Assembly: GCA_963739595.1 (NCBI GenBank)
Contig: CAVUBA010000025.1
Location: 19,200 to 83,199 of the forward strand
DNA length: 64,000 bases
Direction: 5' to 3'
DNA from: an uncultured Thermoleophilia bacterium
Lineage (GTDB): Bacteria; Actinomycetota; Thermoleophilia; UBA2241
A model generated the notes under the pieces. That model was not told the origin of the DNA, ran no database searches, and worked only from the letters and a program-made list of their open reading frames with translations. Positions 49,656-60,106 of the stretch are shown piece after piece. The position numbers were made by a program, and so were the translations under genes. The first letter of the stretch is position 1. Each line of letters opens with the position of its first letter.

Positions 49656-50819
49656 TCACGATCCTCCGGCCTCGGTGATGGCCGCGGCCAGCCGCCGGGC
49701 GCCCTCTGAGAGGCTCGCCTCGTCGTAGAGGCAGAAGGCGAGCCGCAGGCTGCGGTCGTCGCCGTCGGTGCGGAAGCGCCGCCCGGGCGCGAAGGCCACC
49801 CCGTGGCGCTCGGCCACGGGCACAAGGTCCGACGCCAGCAGCCCTGGCGGCAGCGTGAGCCAGAGGAAGAAGCCGCCGGCCGGTACGGTCAGGCTGCACC
49901 CGGCCGGCAAGGAGTCCTCGAGCGCGCCCACGAGGGCGTCGCGGCGTGAGGCATAGGCGAGGCGCAGCGCGGCGACGTGGGCGCCGTAGGCGCCGGCCTC
50001 GAGGAGCGCCGCCACCACGTGCGCGGAGAACTGGCTGACGCAGCCGCCGCTCTCCACCATGCCGGCGCCCGCGAGCCGCTCGCGCAGGGCCACCGGGGCG
50101 TCGAACCAGCCGAGACGCAGCCCCGGCGCCAGCGACTTCGAGAACGAACCGAGGCGCACGACCGGCGCCTCCGGATCGAGCGCCCGCAGCGCCGGCGGCG
50201 CCTCACCGGCGTAGACGAGCTCGCGGTACACGTCGTCCTCCACGAGGACGAGGTCCTCGCGCCGCGCGAGCTCGAGGAGGCGCCGCCGGCGCGGCGCGGA
50301 GAGGCTGACCCCGGAAGGGTTGTGGAACGTCGGGATGGTGTAGAGCAGGCGCGGGCGGCGGCCGGAGGCTCTGACGTCGCCGACGGCCGCCTCGAGCGCG
50401 TCGACGTCCAGCCCCTCGCCGTCGAGCGGCACGCCGACGACGTCCACCGGGTGGTCGGCGATGATGCCCAGGGCGAGGTTGTAGGTGGGGCACTCGACGA
50501 AGACCACGTCGCCGGGCTCCGTGAGCATGGTCAGCGCCTGGTCGAGGGCCTGGGAGTTGCCGCCGCTGACGACCACGTCGTCGGCGGCCAGCGCCAGGCC
50601 CTCCCTGGCCGCCGTGCGCGCGGCGATCGCCGCGCGCAGCGTCTCCGGCCCCGGGTTGGACCCGTAGGCGAGCGCCGCGGCGCCTCCGGCGCCGAGCGCC
50701 CTCGCCGCCGCCTCCCGAACCAGTCCCACCGGCAGCAGCGCAGGGTCGGGCTCGCCGAAGGCGAATTCGACGACGCCCTCGCGGAGCGTGTTCTGGGTGA
50801 AGACGGGCGGCTCGCTCAC
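49656..50819 (-). CDS. PLP-dependent aminotransferase (class I/II fold type I)
   Basis: PLP-lysine context RLGSFSKSLAPGLRLGW and the TIPTFHNPSG motif. Intact 387 aa. Confidence 0.8.
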   Translation of the reverse strand: MSEPPVFTQNTLREGVVEFAFGEPDPALLPVGLVREAAARALGAGGAAALAYGSNPGPETLRAAIAARTAAREGLALAADDVVVSGGNSQALDQALTMLTEPGDVVFVECPTYNLALGIIADHPVDVVGVPLDGEGLDVDALEAAVGDVRASGRRPRLLYTIPTFHNPSGVSLSAPRRRRLLELARREDLVLVEDDVYRELVYAGEAPPALRALDPEAPVVRLGSFSKSLAPGLRLGWFDAPVALRERLAGAGMVESGGCVSQFSAHVVAALLEAGAYGAHVAALRLAYASRRDALVGALEDSLPAGCSLTVPAGGFFLWLTLPPGLLASDLVPVAERHGVAFAPGRRFRTDGDDRSLRLAFCLYDEASLSEGARRLAAAITEAGGS

Positions 50820-50925
50820 GCCGCCATGATACGCGATGAGCCTGCTCTCGAGTGCGGCGCCCCGCGCCGGCGAACCCCGGCTGGCGACTGGCCGTCCCTT
50901 TCCCTAGACTGGGGTACCGGGCCGC

Positions 50926-52470
50926 ATGCTGTTTCCCACAATCACATTCGCACTCTTCTTCCTGCTTGCCTTCATCGGCAACTGGCTGCTCATGCCCAGA
51001 CAGCGGGTCTGGAAGCCGTTCATCCTCATCATCAGCCTGGTGTTCTACGGCTGGTGGGACTGGCGCTTCGTGCTCCTGCTGGCGCTCAGCGCGGCGGCCA
51101 ACCAGTTCTTCGCTCTCTGGATCGCCGGGATGCGTCCGGGCGCCGGCGGCCGCAAGTGGGCCCTGGCGGCGGCCGTCGCCGCCAACCTCGGCGTGCTCGG
51201 CTGGTTCAAGTACTACGGCTTCTTCGTCACCTCCGTGGTCAACTTCCTCGGGGCGCTGCACCTGAACGCCGACCTGCCGCTGCTGCGCATCGTCCTGCCG
51301 CTCGGCATCTCGTTCCTCACGTTCCGCGTCCTGAGCTACGTCATCGACGTGTACCGCGGCACGCTGCGGCCGGCGTCGCTGCTCGACTTCTCGGTGTACG
51401 TCGCCTTCTTCCCGTACCTGGCCGCCGGCCCCATCGCGCGCGCGTCCGAGTTCCTGCCGCAGCTGAACGGCCCGCGCGACCCGCGGAGCGTGGACACGGC
51501 GCGGGCCTTCTTCCTCATCTTCGGCGGCCTGATCAAGAAGATGCTGATCGCCGACTACCTCGCGACCCACATCGTCAACGGCGTGTTCACGACCCCGGGG
51601 CAGTACTCGTCGCTCGAGGTGTTCGTGGGGATCATCGGGTACTCCGTGCAGATCTACTGCGACTTCAGCGCCTACGCCGACATCGCGATCGGCATCTCGC
51701 TGCTCCTCGGCTTCGAGCTGCCGGACAACTTCAACGCGCCGTACACGGCCACGTCGGTCCAGGACTTCTGGCGCCGCTGGCACATGACCCTCTCGCGCTG
51801 GCTGCGCGACTACCTCTACATCCCGCTCGGCGGCAACCGCAAGGGGCGCACCCGCACCTACGTGAACCTCATGCTCACCATGGTGCTCGGCGGACTCTGG
51901 CACGGCGCCGGCTGGACGTTCATCTTCTGGGGCTTCCTCTACGGCGGCGCGATGATCGTCGAGCACGCGCGCGTCGACCGCCGCAAGGATCGCGCGCTGG
52001 TGGTGCAACGCCAGCGCCGGCAGCTGGCGGAGGCCTTCGACGGCATCGCCGGTCCGGAGGCGCTGCCGGAGGGTCCCGGCGCGGCTCCCGCCAGGTCCGC
52101 CGCGCCGCTCCTCGAGTACGACCGGCTCCCCTGGCACGGCAGCGTGTGGCCGAGGATCGGCACCTTCGCGTTCGTGACGTTCGCCTGGATCTTCTTCCGC
52201 TCCGACTCGTTCGGCGCGGCGCTGAGCGTCATCGCCCGGCTCTTCCAGAGCTGGGGCTCGATCGGCGCGGCCGTGACCCCGGGCGTGTTCATCGCCATCG
52301 CCGCCGGCATCGCCGTGCAGTACGTGCCGCGCTCGGTGTGGCAGCGCGGTGAGGCCGGCCTCTCGATCCTGAACCCGGTGCTGCAGGGCGTGATCCTCGC
52401 GGTCGGCTTCATGCTGCTCGACGTCCTCGGCCCCGTCGGCCCCGCCACCTTCCTCTACTTCAAGTTCTGA
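50926..52470 (+). CDS. MBOAT-family membrane-bound O-acyltransferase (AlgI/DltB/PatA-like). Copy 1.
   Basis: MLFPTITFALFFL...VFYGWWDWRF... The conserved His region DYLYIPLGGNRKG...GGLWHGAGWTF is an MBOAT hallmark. Confidence 0.85.
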   Translation: MLFPTITFALFFLLAFIGNWLLMPRQRVWKPFILIISLVFYGWWDWRFVLLLALSAAANQFFALWIAGMRPGAGGRKWALAAAVAANLGVLGWFKYYGFFVTSVVNFLGALHLNADLPLLRIVLPLGISFLTFRVLSYVIDVYRGTLRPASLLDFSVYVAFFPYLAAGPIARASEFLPQLNGPRDPRSVDTARAFFLIFGGLIKKMLIADYLATHIVNGVFTTPGQYSSLEVFVGIIGYSVQIYCDFSAYADIAIGISLLLGFELPDNFNAPYTATSVQDFWRRWHMTLSRWLRDYLYIPLGGNRKGRTRTYVNLMLTMVLGGLWHGAGWTFIFWGFLYGGAMIVEHARVDRRKDRALVVQRQRRQLAEAFDGIAGPEALPEGPGAAPARSAAPLLEYDRLPWHGSVWPRIGTFAFVTFAWIFFRSDSFGAALSVIARLFQSWGSIGAAVTPGVFIAIAAGIAVQYVPRSVWQRGEAGLSILNPVLQGVILAVGFMLLDVLGPVGPATFLYFKF

Positions 52471-53624
52471 TGGCGGACGAGCGGACACCGGGAAACGGGC
52501 AGCGGCCGCCGGCCGGCGACGGGCGGCCGCCCGCGGACGGGCGCCGCGGCGCCGGGCTGCCGTTCGGCCGCCGGCGCCGCACCGCCGCCAGCGCGCTGGT
52601 CGCGATGATCGTCGCGATGGCGCTCGGCGCCCTGCTGAACGCCCCGGCGATGAAGAAGACCGCGCTCGAGCTGCCGTTCGGGACCGAGCGCAGCGTCCGT
52701 CTCGCCCTGGTCGACCCGCTTGCCACCGTGAGCCACTGGCTGTTCCTCGACCGTCCGGCCAAGTTCACCGCGGTCGCGCTCGGCAAGCCCGACCCGGGCC
52801 CGACGGGGACGCAGGTGGTCGTGGTCGTCACCCCGACCCCGAAGCCGAGCAAGGGCGGCAAGCCGGACAAGAACGGCAAGCCGCAGAAGTCGCTCCAGGA
52901 GCGGCCGCTGCCCAAGCCGTTCGCCGGCCACCCGATGCACCTGTACATCGCCGGAGACTCCATGATGGGCCTCCCGGGGATGGCGCTGACCAACCTCTCC
53001 ATCAAGACGAAGCTGATCAAGCCGCTGCTCGACTACCACATCTCGACCGGCCTGGTCCGGCCCGACTTCTTCAACTGGCCGGCCCAGCTGCAGCAGCAGG
53101 TCAAGTCGTTCGACCCGGGCGCCGTGGCCGTGATGTTCGGCGCCAACGACAACCAGCCGCTCCAGTCCGCGTCGGGCGACATCTACCAGTTCGGGAGCGA
53201 CGGCTGGAAGAAGGAGTACCGCAAGCGCGTCGAGGACGCCGTCGCCCTCATGTTCCAGGGTGGCGTGCGGCGCATCTACTGGATCGGCCAGCCGGTGATG
53301 CCGTCGGCGTCGTTCAACAGCCAGATCAAGGTGATGAACGACATCTACGCGAGCGTGGCGCAGAAGACGTTCGGAGTCGAGTACATCGACGCCTACAAGC
53401 TGCTCACGAACAGCAGCGGGCAGTACTCGCAGTACCTGCCCGACGCGAAGGGCCAGATGCAGCAGGTCCGGGAGCAGGACGGCGAGCACCTGACCTACGC
53501 GGGCGGCCTGCGCGTCGCGCAGGCGGTGATCGACGCGATCAAGAAGGAATGGTTCCCGAAGAAGGGCGAGGGCCCGCCTCCGCCGGAGCCCAAGTCGAGC
53601 AAGTCGGCGACGCCGGCGCCCTGA
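52470..53624 (+). CDS. SGNH/DUF459-type hydrolase/acyltransferase partner protein. Copy 2.
   Basis: Its start overlaps the MBOAT1 stop (TGATG). LYIAGDSMMGLPG...STGLVRPDFFNW...FGANDNQ. Lys/Pro-rich linker after the TM anchor. Confidence 0.75.
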   Translation: MADERTPGNGQRPPAGDGRPPADGRRGAGLPFGRRRRTAASALVAMIVAMALGALLNAPAMKKTALELPFGTERSVRLALVDPLATVSHWLFLDRPAKFTAVALGKPDPGPTGTQVVVVVTPTPKPSKGGKPDKNGKPQKSLQERPLPKPFAGHPMHLYIAGDSMMGLPGMALTNLSIKTKLIKPLLDYHISTGLVRPDFFNWPAQLQQQVKSFDPGAVAVMFGANDNQPLQSASGDIYQFGSDGWKKEYRKRVEDAVALMFQGGVRRIYWIGQPVMPSASFNSQIKVMNDIYASVAQKTFGVEYIDAYKLLTNSSGQYSQYLPDAKGQMQQVREQDGEHLTYAGGLRVAQAVIDAIKKEWFPKKGEGPPPPEPKSSKSATPAP

Positions 53625-53765
53625 CGCCGGCTGCGTCCGCCGCCGGCGGGCCTGCGGGCCGGACCGCGGGATGGGCTTCGCCGCCCGCGGCCGCTGGTGT
53701 ACCATCCGCGCAGTCAGGCGGACCGCCGGCGCGGCCCGCGCACCGGGTGACGGACAGGCGGCTGC

Positions 53766-55205
53766 GTGCTCTTCCCGACGATCACGTTCGCGATCTTCTT
53801 CCTCGTCGTCTACGTGCTCAACTGGCTGCTCATGCCGCGGCTGCGCCTGTGGAAGTGGTTCATCATCGGCGCCAGCTACGTGTTCTACGGCTGGTGGGAC
53901 TGGCGCCTCGTCTTCCTGCTCATCGCGGCGACGCTGGTGAACCAGGCGCTCGCCGTCCAGGTGCACCGGGCGCGCGGGCGGCGCGGCAGCACGGCCGCCG
54001 CCCGCCGCTGGGTCGTCCTCGCCGTGGCGGTCAACCTGGTCACGCTCGGCGTCTTCAAGTACTTCGACTTCTTCGCCGTGAACCTCAACGACGTGCTCGG
54101 CGTGTTCCGCCTGGGCGCGCCGCTCCCGCTGCTGCACATCATCCTGCCGGTCGGCATCTCGTTCCTCGTGTTCCGCATGCTGACCTACGTGATCGACATC
54201 TCCCGGGGGCAGCTCGAGCCGGCGCCGGCGCTCGACTTCGCCGTGTACGTGGCGTTCTTCCCGTACCTGCTCGCGGGCCCCATCGCGCGCGCCCGCGAGT
54301 TCCTCCCCCAGCTCACCTCGCCGAGGAACCCGCACGCCGTGGACTCGTCGCGCGCGTTCGTGCTCATCCTCGGCGGCCTCGCCAAGAAGATGCTCATCGC
54401 CGACTACCTCTCGACGCACATCGTCAACGGGCTCTTCGCGTCGCCGCAGACGTACTCGTCGTGGGAGACGCTGTGGGGCATCATCGCCTACTCGGTGCAG
54501 ATCTACTGCGACTTCAGCGCCTACGCCGACATCGCCATCGGCATCTCGCTGCTGCTCGGGTTCGAGCTGCCGGCCAACTTCGACGCGCCGTACACGGCGC
54601 GGACCATCCAGGACTTCTGGCGCCGCTGGCACATCACGCTGTCCAGCTGGCTGCGCGACTACCTCTACATCCCGCTCGGCGGCAACCGCAAGGGCAAGGG
54701 GCGCACCTACGCCAACCTCGTGGTCACCTTCCTGCTCGGCGGCCTGTGGCACGGCGCCGGGTGGACGTTCGTGTTCTGGGGGCTCCTGCACGGCACGGGC
54801 CTCGCCGTCGAACGGGCGCGGATGGACACGCGTCACGCGAGAGGGCTGCCCGAGCCGGGCGCGACCGCCGGCGCGAGGGCCCTCCAGCGGCTCTGGGTGT
54901 TCGCGTTCGTCAGCGTGGCGTGGGTGTTCTTCCGCGCCGAGTCGATGGGCAACGCGTTCGCCGTGCTGTGGCGCCTGATCGCCGGGCTCGGATCGATCGG
55001 CACGGCGGTGACGCTGCCGGTGGTCGGGCTGGCGATCCTCGGCATCGCCGTCCAGTACGTGCCGCGGCGCGCGATCGAAGGGCTCGAGTCCGGCTTCAGC
55101 CGCATCGGCTGGGTGGGCCAGGGGCTCGTGCTGGCGCTGGCCCTCTTCCTGATCGACGTGCTGGGGCCGGCGGGACCGGCCGAGTTCCTGTACTTCAAGT
55201 TCTGA
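53766..55205 (+). CDS. MBOAT-family membrane-bound O-acyltransferase. Copy 2; paralog of 50926-52470, about 60% identical by eye.
   Basis: MLFPTITFAIFFL...VFYGWWDWRL...DYLYIPLGGNRKG...GGLWHGAGWTF...FLYFKF. Confidence 0.85.
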   Translation: MLFPTITFAIFFLVVYVLNWLLMPRLRLWKWFIIGASYVFYGWWDWRLVFLLIAATLVNQALAVQVHRARGRRGSTAAARRWVVLAVAVNLVTLGVFKYFDFFAVNLNDVLGVFRLGAPLPLLHIILPVGISFLVFRMLTYVIDISRGQLEPAPALDFAVYVAFFPYLLAGPIARAREFLPQLTSPRNPHAVDSSRAFVLILGGLAKKMLIADYLSTHIVNGLFASPQTYSSWETLWGIIAYSVQIYCDFSAYADIAIGISLLLGFELPANFDAPYTARTIQDFWRRWHITLSSWLRDYLYIPLGGNRKGKGRTYANLVVTFLLGGLWHGAGWTFVFWGLLHGTGLAVERARMDTRHARGLPEPGATAGARALQRLWVFAFVSVAWVFFRAESMGNAFAVLWRLIAGLGSIGTAVTLPVVGLAILGIAVQYVPRRAIEGLESGFSRIGWVGQGLVLALALFLIDVLGPAGPAEFLYFKF

Positions 55206-55236
55206 GCGGCGGGCCGACGACGGGCAGACGGAGACG

Positions 55237-56566
55237 ATGAGCGACGACAGACGACACGAGGGCGAGTACCCGGGCCAGGAGGGCCTGCCCTTCGACGAGG
55301 GCGCCGGCGATCCGCGCCCGGCGGGCGGCTCCGGCCCGGGCGCCGGCGAGCGGCGCTCCTCCGGCGGCTCCGACGACGACCTCTTCGTGTGGAACGACCT
55401 GCGGCCGCCGGCTCGCGGACGCGACGAGCGCCCCCGCCGCCCGTCCGACGACTGGCGCGCGCCCGAGTACCCCACCGGCGCCGGCCGCACGCGGTACGAG
55501 CCGGCCGACGGCTACGAGACCTCCGAGGAGTGGGAGGAGTGGCTCGAGCCCGACACGCCGCACGGTCCCGAGACCATCGGTCCGTTGCCCGAGCGGCACA
55601 AGGGGCCGCGCCGGCGCCGCCTCTCGGCCGGCGCGGTGCTGCTCGCGATGCTGCTCGGCTTCTTCCTCGCCGGGCTGCTCGACGCCAACAACATCAAGAA
55701 GGACGTCGAGGCGCGGCCGTACGGCGCGCTCCGCACCTTCCAGCTCGCCATGCTCACGCCGATGACCGCGCTGAGCGGCGCTCTCCGCGCCGACCGGCTC
55801 GGCGCCGCGGTGGCCGACGCGCTCGGCCGCGGCGAGCAGGCGCACCACACCCTCGCCGAGGTCAAGCCGGCCAAGAAGCCGCTCTGGCCGCGCACGATCA
55901 CGCAGAAGAAGCCGCTGCGCCTCTACGTCGCCGGCGACTCCATGGACCAGGTCTTCGGGTCGTCGCTGGTGAACCTCGGCGAGGCGACCGGCCTCGTCAA
56001 GGGCAGGAACGACTACCACGTGTCCAGCGGCCTCAGCCGCCCGGACTTCTTCGACTGGCCGCAGCGGCTCGTCGATCAGATCGTCGACTTCAAGCCCGAC
56101 GCGGCCGCCGTCCTCTTCGGCGCCAACGACGGGCAGGACGTCCTGTACGAGGGCAAGGTCCTCAAGGTGGGCACCAAGGCCTGGCAGGAGGTCTACGCCA
56201 AGCGTGTCGGCGAGGCCATGGACATCCTCACCAAGGGCGGCCGCCGGGTCTACTGGGTCGGCAACCCGATCATGCGGGACGTTCGGCTACCGCGAACGCA
56301 TCGCGATGATGAACCACATCTACCAGGCGGAGGCCGCGAAGCACCCCGGCGTGACCTTCGTCAGCACGTGGCAGCTGATGGCCAACGAGAAGGGCTCCTA
56401 CTCCGACTACCTCAAGGACGCCAACGGCGACTCGGTGCTCATGCGCGCGCCTGACGGCATCCACCTCACGCGCGCCGGCGGCGACCGTATGGCCGCTCTG
56501 GTGCTCGGCGTGATCGAGAAGGACTGGGGGATGACCGGTTCGGCCTCACCCAGTCCGGCGCCCTGA
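55237..56566 (+). CDS. SGNH/DUF459-type partner protein. Copy 3, with a long acidic/Arg-rich cytoplasmic N-terminus. Frameshift near 56280.
   Basis: LYVAGDSMDQVFG...SGLSRPDFFDW...FGANDGQ...RRVYWVGNPIMRD, then a frame change to ...IHLTRAGGDRMAALVLGVIEKDW. Confidence 0.65.
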
Positions 56567-56645
56567 CCGGCGGCTCGTCCGGCGCGGCCCGGCGGCGCCG
56601 TCGCCGAGCGGCCACGCGCGGCGGCAGGCCGCGGGCGCGCGCCGC

Positions 56646-57605
56646 TCACCCTTCCGGGTCGTCGTCCACCCAGTCGCGGGTCAGCACCAGCCAGAAGGCC
56701 AGCCCGGCGTGCTCGCGGTAGCGGCGGAAGCGCCGGGCGATCGTGCGGTCGGCGACCAGGCGTCCCTTGGGCTTGCCCATGAGCTGCGCGTACTTGGGCC
56801 GCGTCCACGAGTCGAGGACGAGGCGGGAGTGGCGGCCCAGCAGGAGCATGACGTGGGCCGCCGCGTAGGGTCCGACGCCGGGAAGGGCGAGAAGACGCTG
56901 TTCGACCTCGTCGTCCGGCAGCTCGTCGCGGCCGGAGGTGAGGAGCGTCTCGAGGTCGAGCTCGCCGCCGGCGACGCGCGCCGCGATCTCGCGCAGGTAG
57001 GGCCCGCGGTAGCCGGCGCGAGCCACGCCCGCGTAGAAGTCGTCGCCGGCTGAGGCCATCGCCTCCGGCGTGGGGAAGGCGCGGCCGGCGACCTCGCCGG
57101 GCGGCGCCCCCGGGGCCGGCTCTCCGAGCCGGCCGACCAGGGCGCCGGTCATGCGCACCGTCGCCGACCAGGCGCAGTTCGTCGTGCAGACGGTCTTGAC
57201 CACGTCCTCGAAGACCGTCGGGCTGCGCAGCAGGCGGCCGGCGCCCCGCGCCGCCCAGGCGAGCGCCGGGTCGGCGGCGGCCCGGGCGTAGAAGCCGGAC
57301 AGGTCGTCGTCCAGGCACAGCATGCGCCGGACCGCGGCGGCCAGGGCCGCCGCGGCAGGCTCGCCCGGCGGCGGCCCGTCGTCCACGACGTCCACGGTCA
57401 CGGCCGGCACGCCGGCCGACGTCGCCGCGGCGAGGCGCACGGTCCGCGGACCCTCGGGCGTCGCCAGGGTCGTGGCGGCGGCGCGCCCGTCGTCGTCGAT
57501 CGCCATCGGCGGCAGCTCGGCCACGCCGTGCGAGCCCAGGGTGCGGCGGAGGTCGACGGGCTCGCCGCCGGCGCCGCGCAGCTCGAGGAGGGCGACGCGC
57601 GTCAT
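56646..57605 (-). CDS. DNA-3-methyladenine glycosylase II / HhH-GPD family (AlkA-like)
   Basis: The LPGVGPYAAAHVMLL helix-hairpin-helix GPD motif and the AlkA N-terminal domain. Start ATG 57605. The 597-aa ORF listed is a read-through chimera with the next pseudogene. Confidence 0.75.
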   Translation of the reverse strand: MTRVALLELRGAGGEPVDLRRTLGSHGVAELPPMAIDDDGRAAATTLATPEGPRTVRLAAATSAGVPAVTVDVVDDGPPPGEPAAAALAAAVRRMLCLDDDLSGFYARAAADPALAWAARGAGRLLRSPTVFEDVVKTVCTTNCAWSATVRMTGALVGRLGEPAPGAPPGEVAGRAFPTPEAMASAGDDFYAGVARAGYRGPYLREIAARVAGGELDLETLLTSGRDELPDDEVEQRLLALPGVGPYAAAHVMLLLGRHSRLVLDSWTRPKYAQLMGKPKGRLVADRTIARRFRRYREHAGLAFWLVLTRDWVDDDPEG

Positions 57606-57702
57606 GGTGATGTCCGCCTGCGGCGGCCACACGGCGATTCCGCTGCGCCGATCACTGTGCGGTCCACCTGCGGCGGCCCCCACGATGATTCCCCTGCGTC
57701 GA

Positions 57703-58701
57703 TCATCCGGCGGCGATGAGGGCGACGCCCGCCAGCGTCGCCGCCGCCCCGGCCATCTGGTGCGGGGCGATGCGCTCGCGCAGCACGCCGAAGGCCAGCA
57801 GTACGGTGACGACGGGGTAGAGGGAGCCGAGCACGGCGACCAGGCTGAGGTAGCCCTCCGTGGTCGCCAGCGCGAAGAGGCCGTTGGCGCCGGTGTCGAG
57901 GATCCCGACGGCGACGATGAAGGGCAGGGCCGAGCGCTCCACCTTGACGTGCGGCCGCAGCAGCGAGGAAGAGCGACGGCGAAGATGATCGCCGACGAGA
58001 GCCGCCCGGCCAGCATCGCCCAGAGCGGGTCGTAGCGCGCCGTGGCGTCGTAGCCCACGAGCACGAGACCCATGCACACGGCGGCCAGCAGCGAGAGCAT
58101 GATCGCGCGGCGCTGGGCGCCGCGCGACGGGCGCAGCGCCGGGCCACCGGAACGGGGGACGGCGGCCACGGGGATGCCGGTCGCCGGGGCCGGCACCGGC
58201 AGGTCCTCCCGGCGGAACAGCGCCCGTGCCTCCTCCGGCTCCACCGCCGGCTCGCCGGGGAGCGCCGCGGCGCCGATCGTCTCGCCGCGGCGCGCCGGCT
58301 CGACGGCGACGAGGATCACGCCGACGGCGGCGAGCACGACGCCGGCGAGCTGGATGGCCGCCGGCCGCTCACCGGCGGCGATCCCGACGGCGAACGGGAT
58401 GAGCGCGTTCGTGGCGCTGATCGGCGCGACGATGCTCATCGTGCCGATGGCGAGCGCCTTGTAGAAGCAGGAGATGGCGACGACGCTGGCGAGCGCCGCC
58501 CAGCATGACCGGCCAGACGGCCTGGAACCCCGGCCAGCCGTGGCCGGTGCCGAGGGTCACCAGCGCCGCTCCCGCGAGGCCGACGGCCTGGCTGCCGATG
58601 ATCACCGCCCAGAGGCTGGCGCGCCGGGTGCTGAAGCCACCGAGGAAGTCGCCGGAGCCCCAGCAGAGGGACGCGCCGAGGGCGAGGGCGATGCCGAGCA
58701 T
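57703..58701 (-). pseudogene. EamA/DMT-family transporter, interrupted by at least 2 frameshifts
   Basis: EamA-like TM pieces lie in three frames: MLGIALALGASLCWGSGDFLGGF, then ...IPFAVGIAAGERPAAIQLAGVVLAAVGVILVA, then LPFIVAVGILDTGANGLFALA...LRERIAPHQMAGAAATLAGVALIA. Confidence 0.6.
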
Positions 58702-58761
58702 GCCCAGAGGCTATCACGGGGCGGTGGTACGCTTTGGCGCGGCCGGCGTCCGACCGAGCTC

Positions 58762-59121
58762 ATGAACGAGCCGATCGACATCCCCGAGAGCGACGACGCG
58801 CTCCTCGCCGAGTGCGACGTGCAGACCTTCCGCGCCGGCGGCCCGGGAGGCCAGCACCAGAACGTCACCGACAGCGCGGTGCGGCTGGTGCACCGGCCCA
58901 CCGGCCTGACGGTCACGAGCCGCGCCCAGCGCAGCCAGTACATGAACAAGATGGACGCGCTGCGCCGTCTGCGGCTCAAGCTGCGGCGGCTGAACGAACC
59001 GCCACCGCCGCCGCGCCGCCCCACGCGGCCCTCCCGGGCCGCCAAGGAGCGGCGCCTGGCGGAGAAGACGCGGCGTTCGGCCGCCAAGCGCCTCCGCCGC
59101 CCGCCCTCGTCAGACGATTGA
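58762..59121 (+). CDS. arfB: Alternative ribosome-rescue factor ArfB-type peptidyl-tRNA hydrolase (GGQ-domain protein)
   Basis: FRAGGPGGQHQNVTDSAVRLVH is the GGQ motif. Short protein with a basic C-terminal tail (RRLKLRRL...KRLRR). Confidence 0.8.
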   Translation: MNEPIDIPESDDALLAECDVQTFRAGGPGGQHQNVTDSAVRLVHRPTGLTVTSRAQRSQYMNKMDALRRLRLKLRRLNEPPPPPRRPTRPSRAAKERRLAEKTRRSAAKRLRRPPSSDD

Positions 59122-59214
59122 TCGGCGCAGCGGGATCAGCGTGCGGGCCGCCGAAGGCAGACCGCACACCGAGCACCCGGGGCCGGCCGGCGGCCGCCGT
59201 GTAGAGTACCGCCC

Positions 59215-60027
59215 ATGGCAGTCATCGTCGGCATCCTCGCGGTCGCCGTCGTCGCCGGCGTCTTCGGCAGCATGCTCGGCGTGGGCGGCGGCGTCATCAT
59301 GGTCCCCGTCCTCAGCCTCGCCTTCGGCGTGCCGATCAAGACGGCGATCGCGACCAGCATCGTCTGCGTGATCGCCACCTCGTCCATGGCGCAGTCCACC
59401 TTCGCCGCCCGCGGCATGACGAACATGCGCCTGGGCATGGTCCTCGAGGTCGCGACCACGATCGGCGCGGTCGCCGGAGGCATCACCGCGGTGCTCATCG
59501 ACGGCCGCGTCCTGCAGGGCGCCTTCGCCGTCGTGCTCTTCTACGTCTCCTGGCAGATGGGCCGCCGTCGCGGCGACATCGTCCCGGCGGAGACCGCGCT
59601 CATGCCGTCGAGCTACTACGACCCGGCGGAGGGCCGGCAGGTGACCTACGGGGTGCACGGCCTGGGGATCGGCTTCGGGCTCTCGTTCGTCGCCGGCAAC
59701 GTCTCCGGGCTCCTCGGCGTCGGCGGCGGCGCCTTCAAGGTGCCGATCATGAACCTGCTGATGGGCGTGCCGCTCAAGGCCACCATCGCCACCAGCAACC
59801 TCATGATCGGCGTCACCGCCGCGACCGGCGCCGCCATCTTCTACGGCCGCGGCTACATGGACCCGCACTGGGCGGTGCCGGCCGCGCTCGGCATCCTCGC
59901 GGGAGCGCGGCTCGGACCGCGCCTGGCGATCCACCTGCCGTCGCGGGTCCTCATCATCGTCTTCGAGATCGTGCTCGCCGTCTTCGGCGTGCTCATGCTG
60001 CTCAAGGCGCTGGGGGTGGGCGTGTGA
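59215..60027 (+). CDS. TauE/SafE (DUF81) sulfite-exporter-family membrane protein
   Basis: Internal repeat with GSMLGVGGGVIMVP and GLLGVGGGAFKVP motifs. Confidence 0.85.
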   Translation: MAVIVGILAVAVVAGVFGSMLGVGGGVIMVPVLSLAFGVPIKTAIATSIVCVIATSSMAQSTFAARGMTNMRLGMVLEVATTIGAVAGGITAVLIDGRVLQGAFAVVLFYVSWQMGRRRGDIVPAETALMPSSYYDPAEGRQVTYGVHGLGIGFGLSFVAGNVSGLLGVGGGAFKVPIMNLLMGVPLKATIATSNLMIGVTAATGAAIFYGRGYMDPHWAVPAALGILAGARLGPRLAIHLPSRVLIIVFEIVLAVFGVLMLLKALGVGV

Positions 60028-60106
60028 ACCGCGAGCGTTCCGGGCAGCGGGGCACCCGCCGTGACGCCGGGCGACGTTCCGCCGGGTCGCGCCGGCGGCG
60101 CACGTC

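Noticed and set aside
56646-58439. 597-aa ORF as a single protein
   Set aside because: It is a chimera: a genuine AlkA-like glycosylase (56646-57605) plus read-through across the frameshifted EamA transporter pseudogene in an alternative frame.
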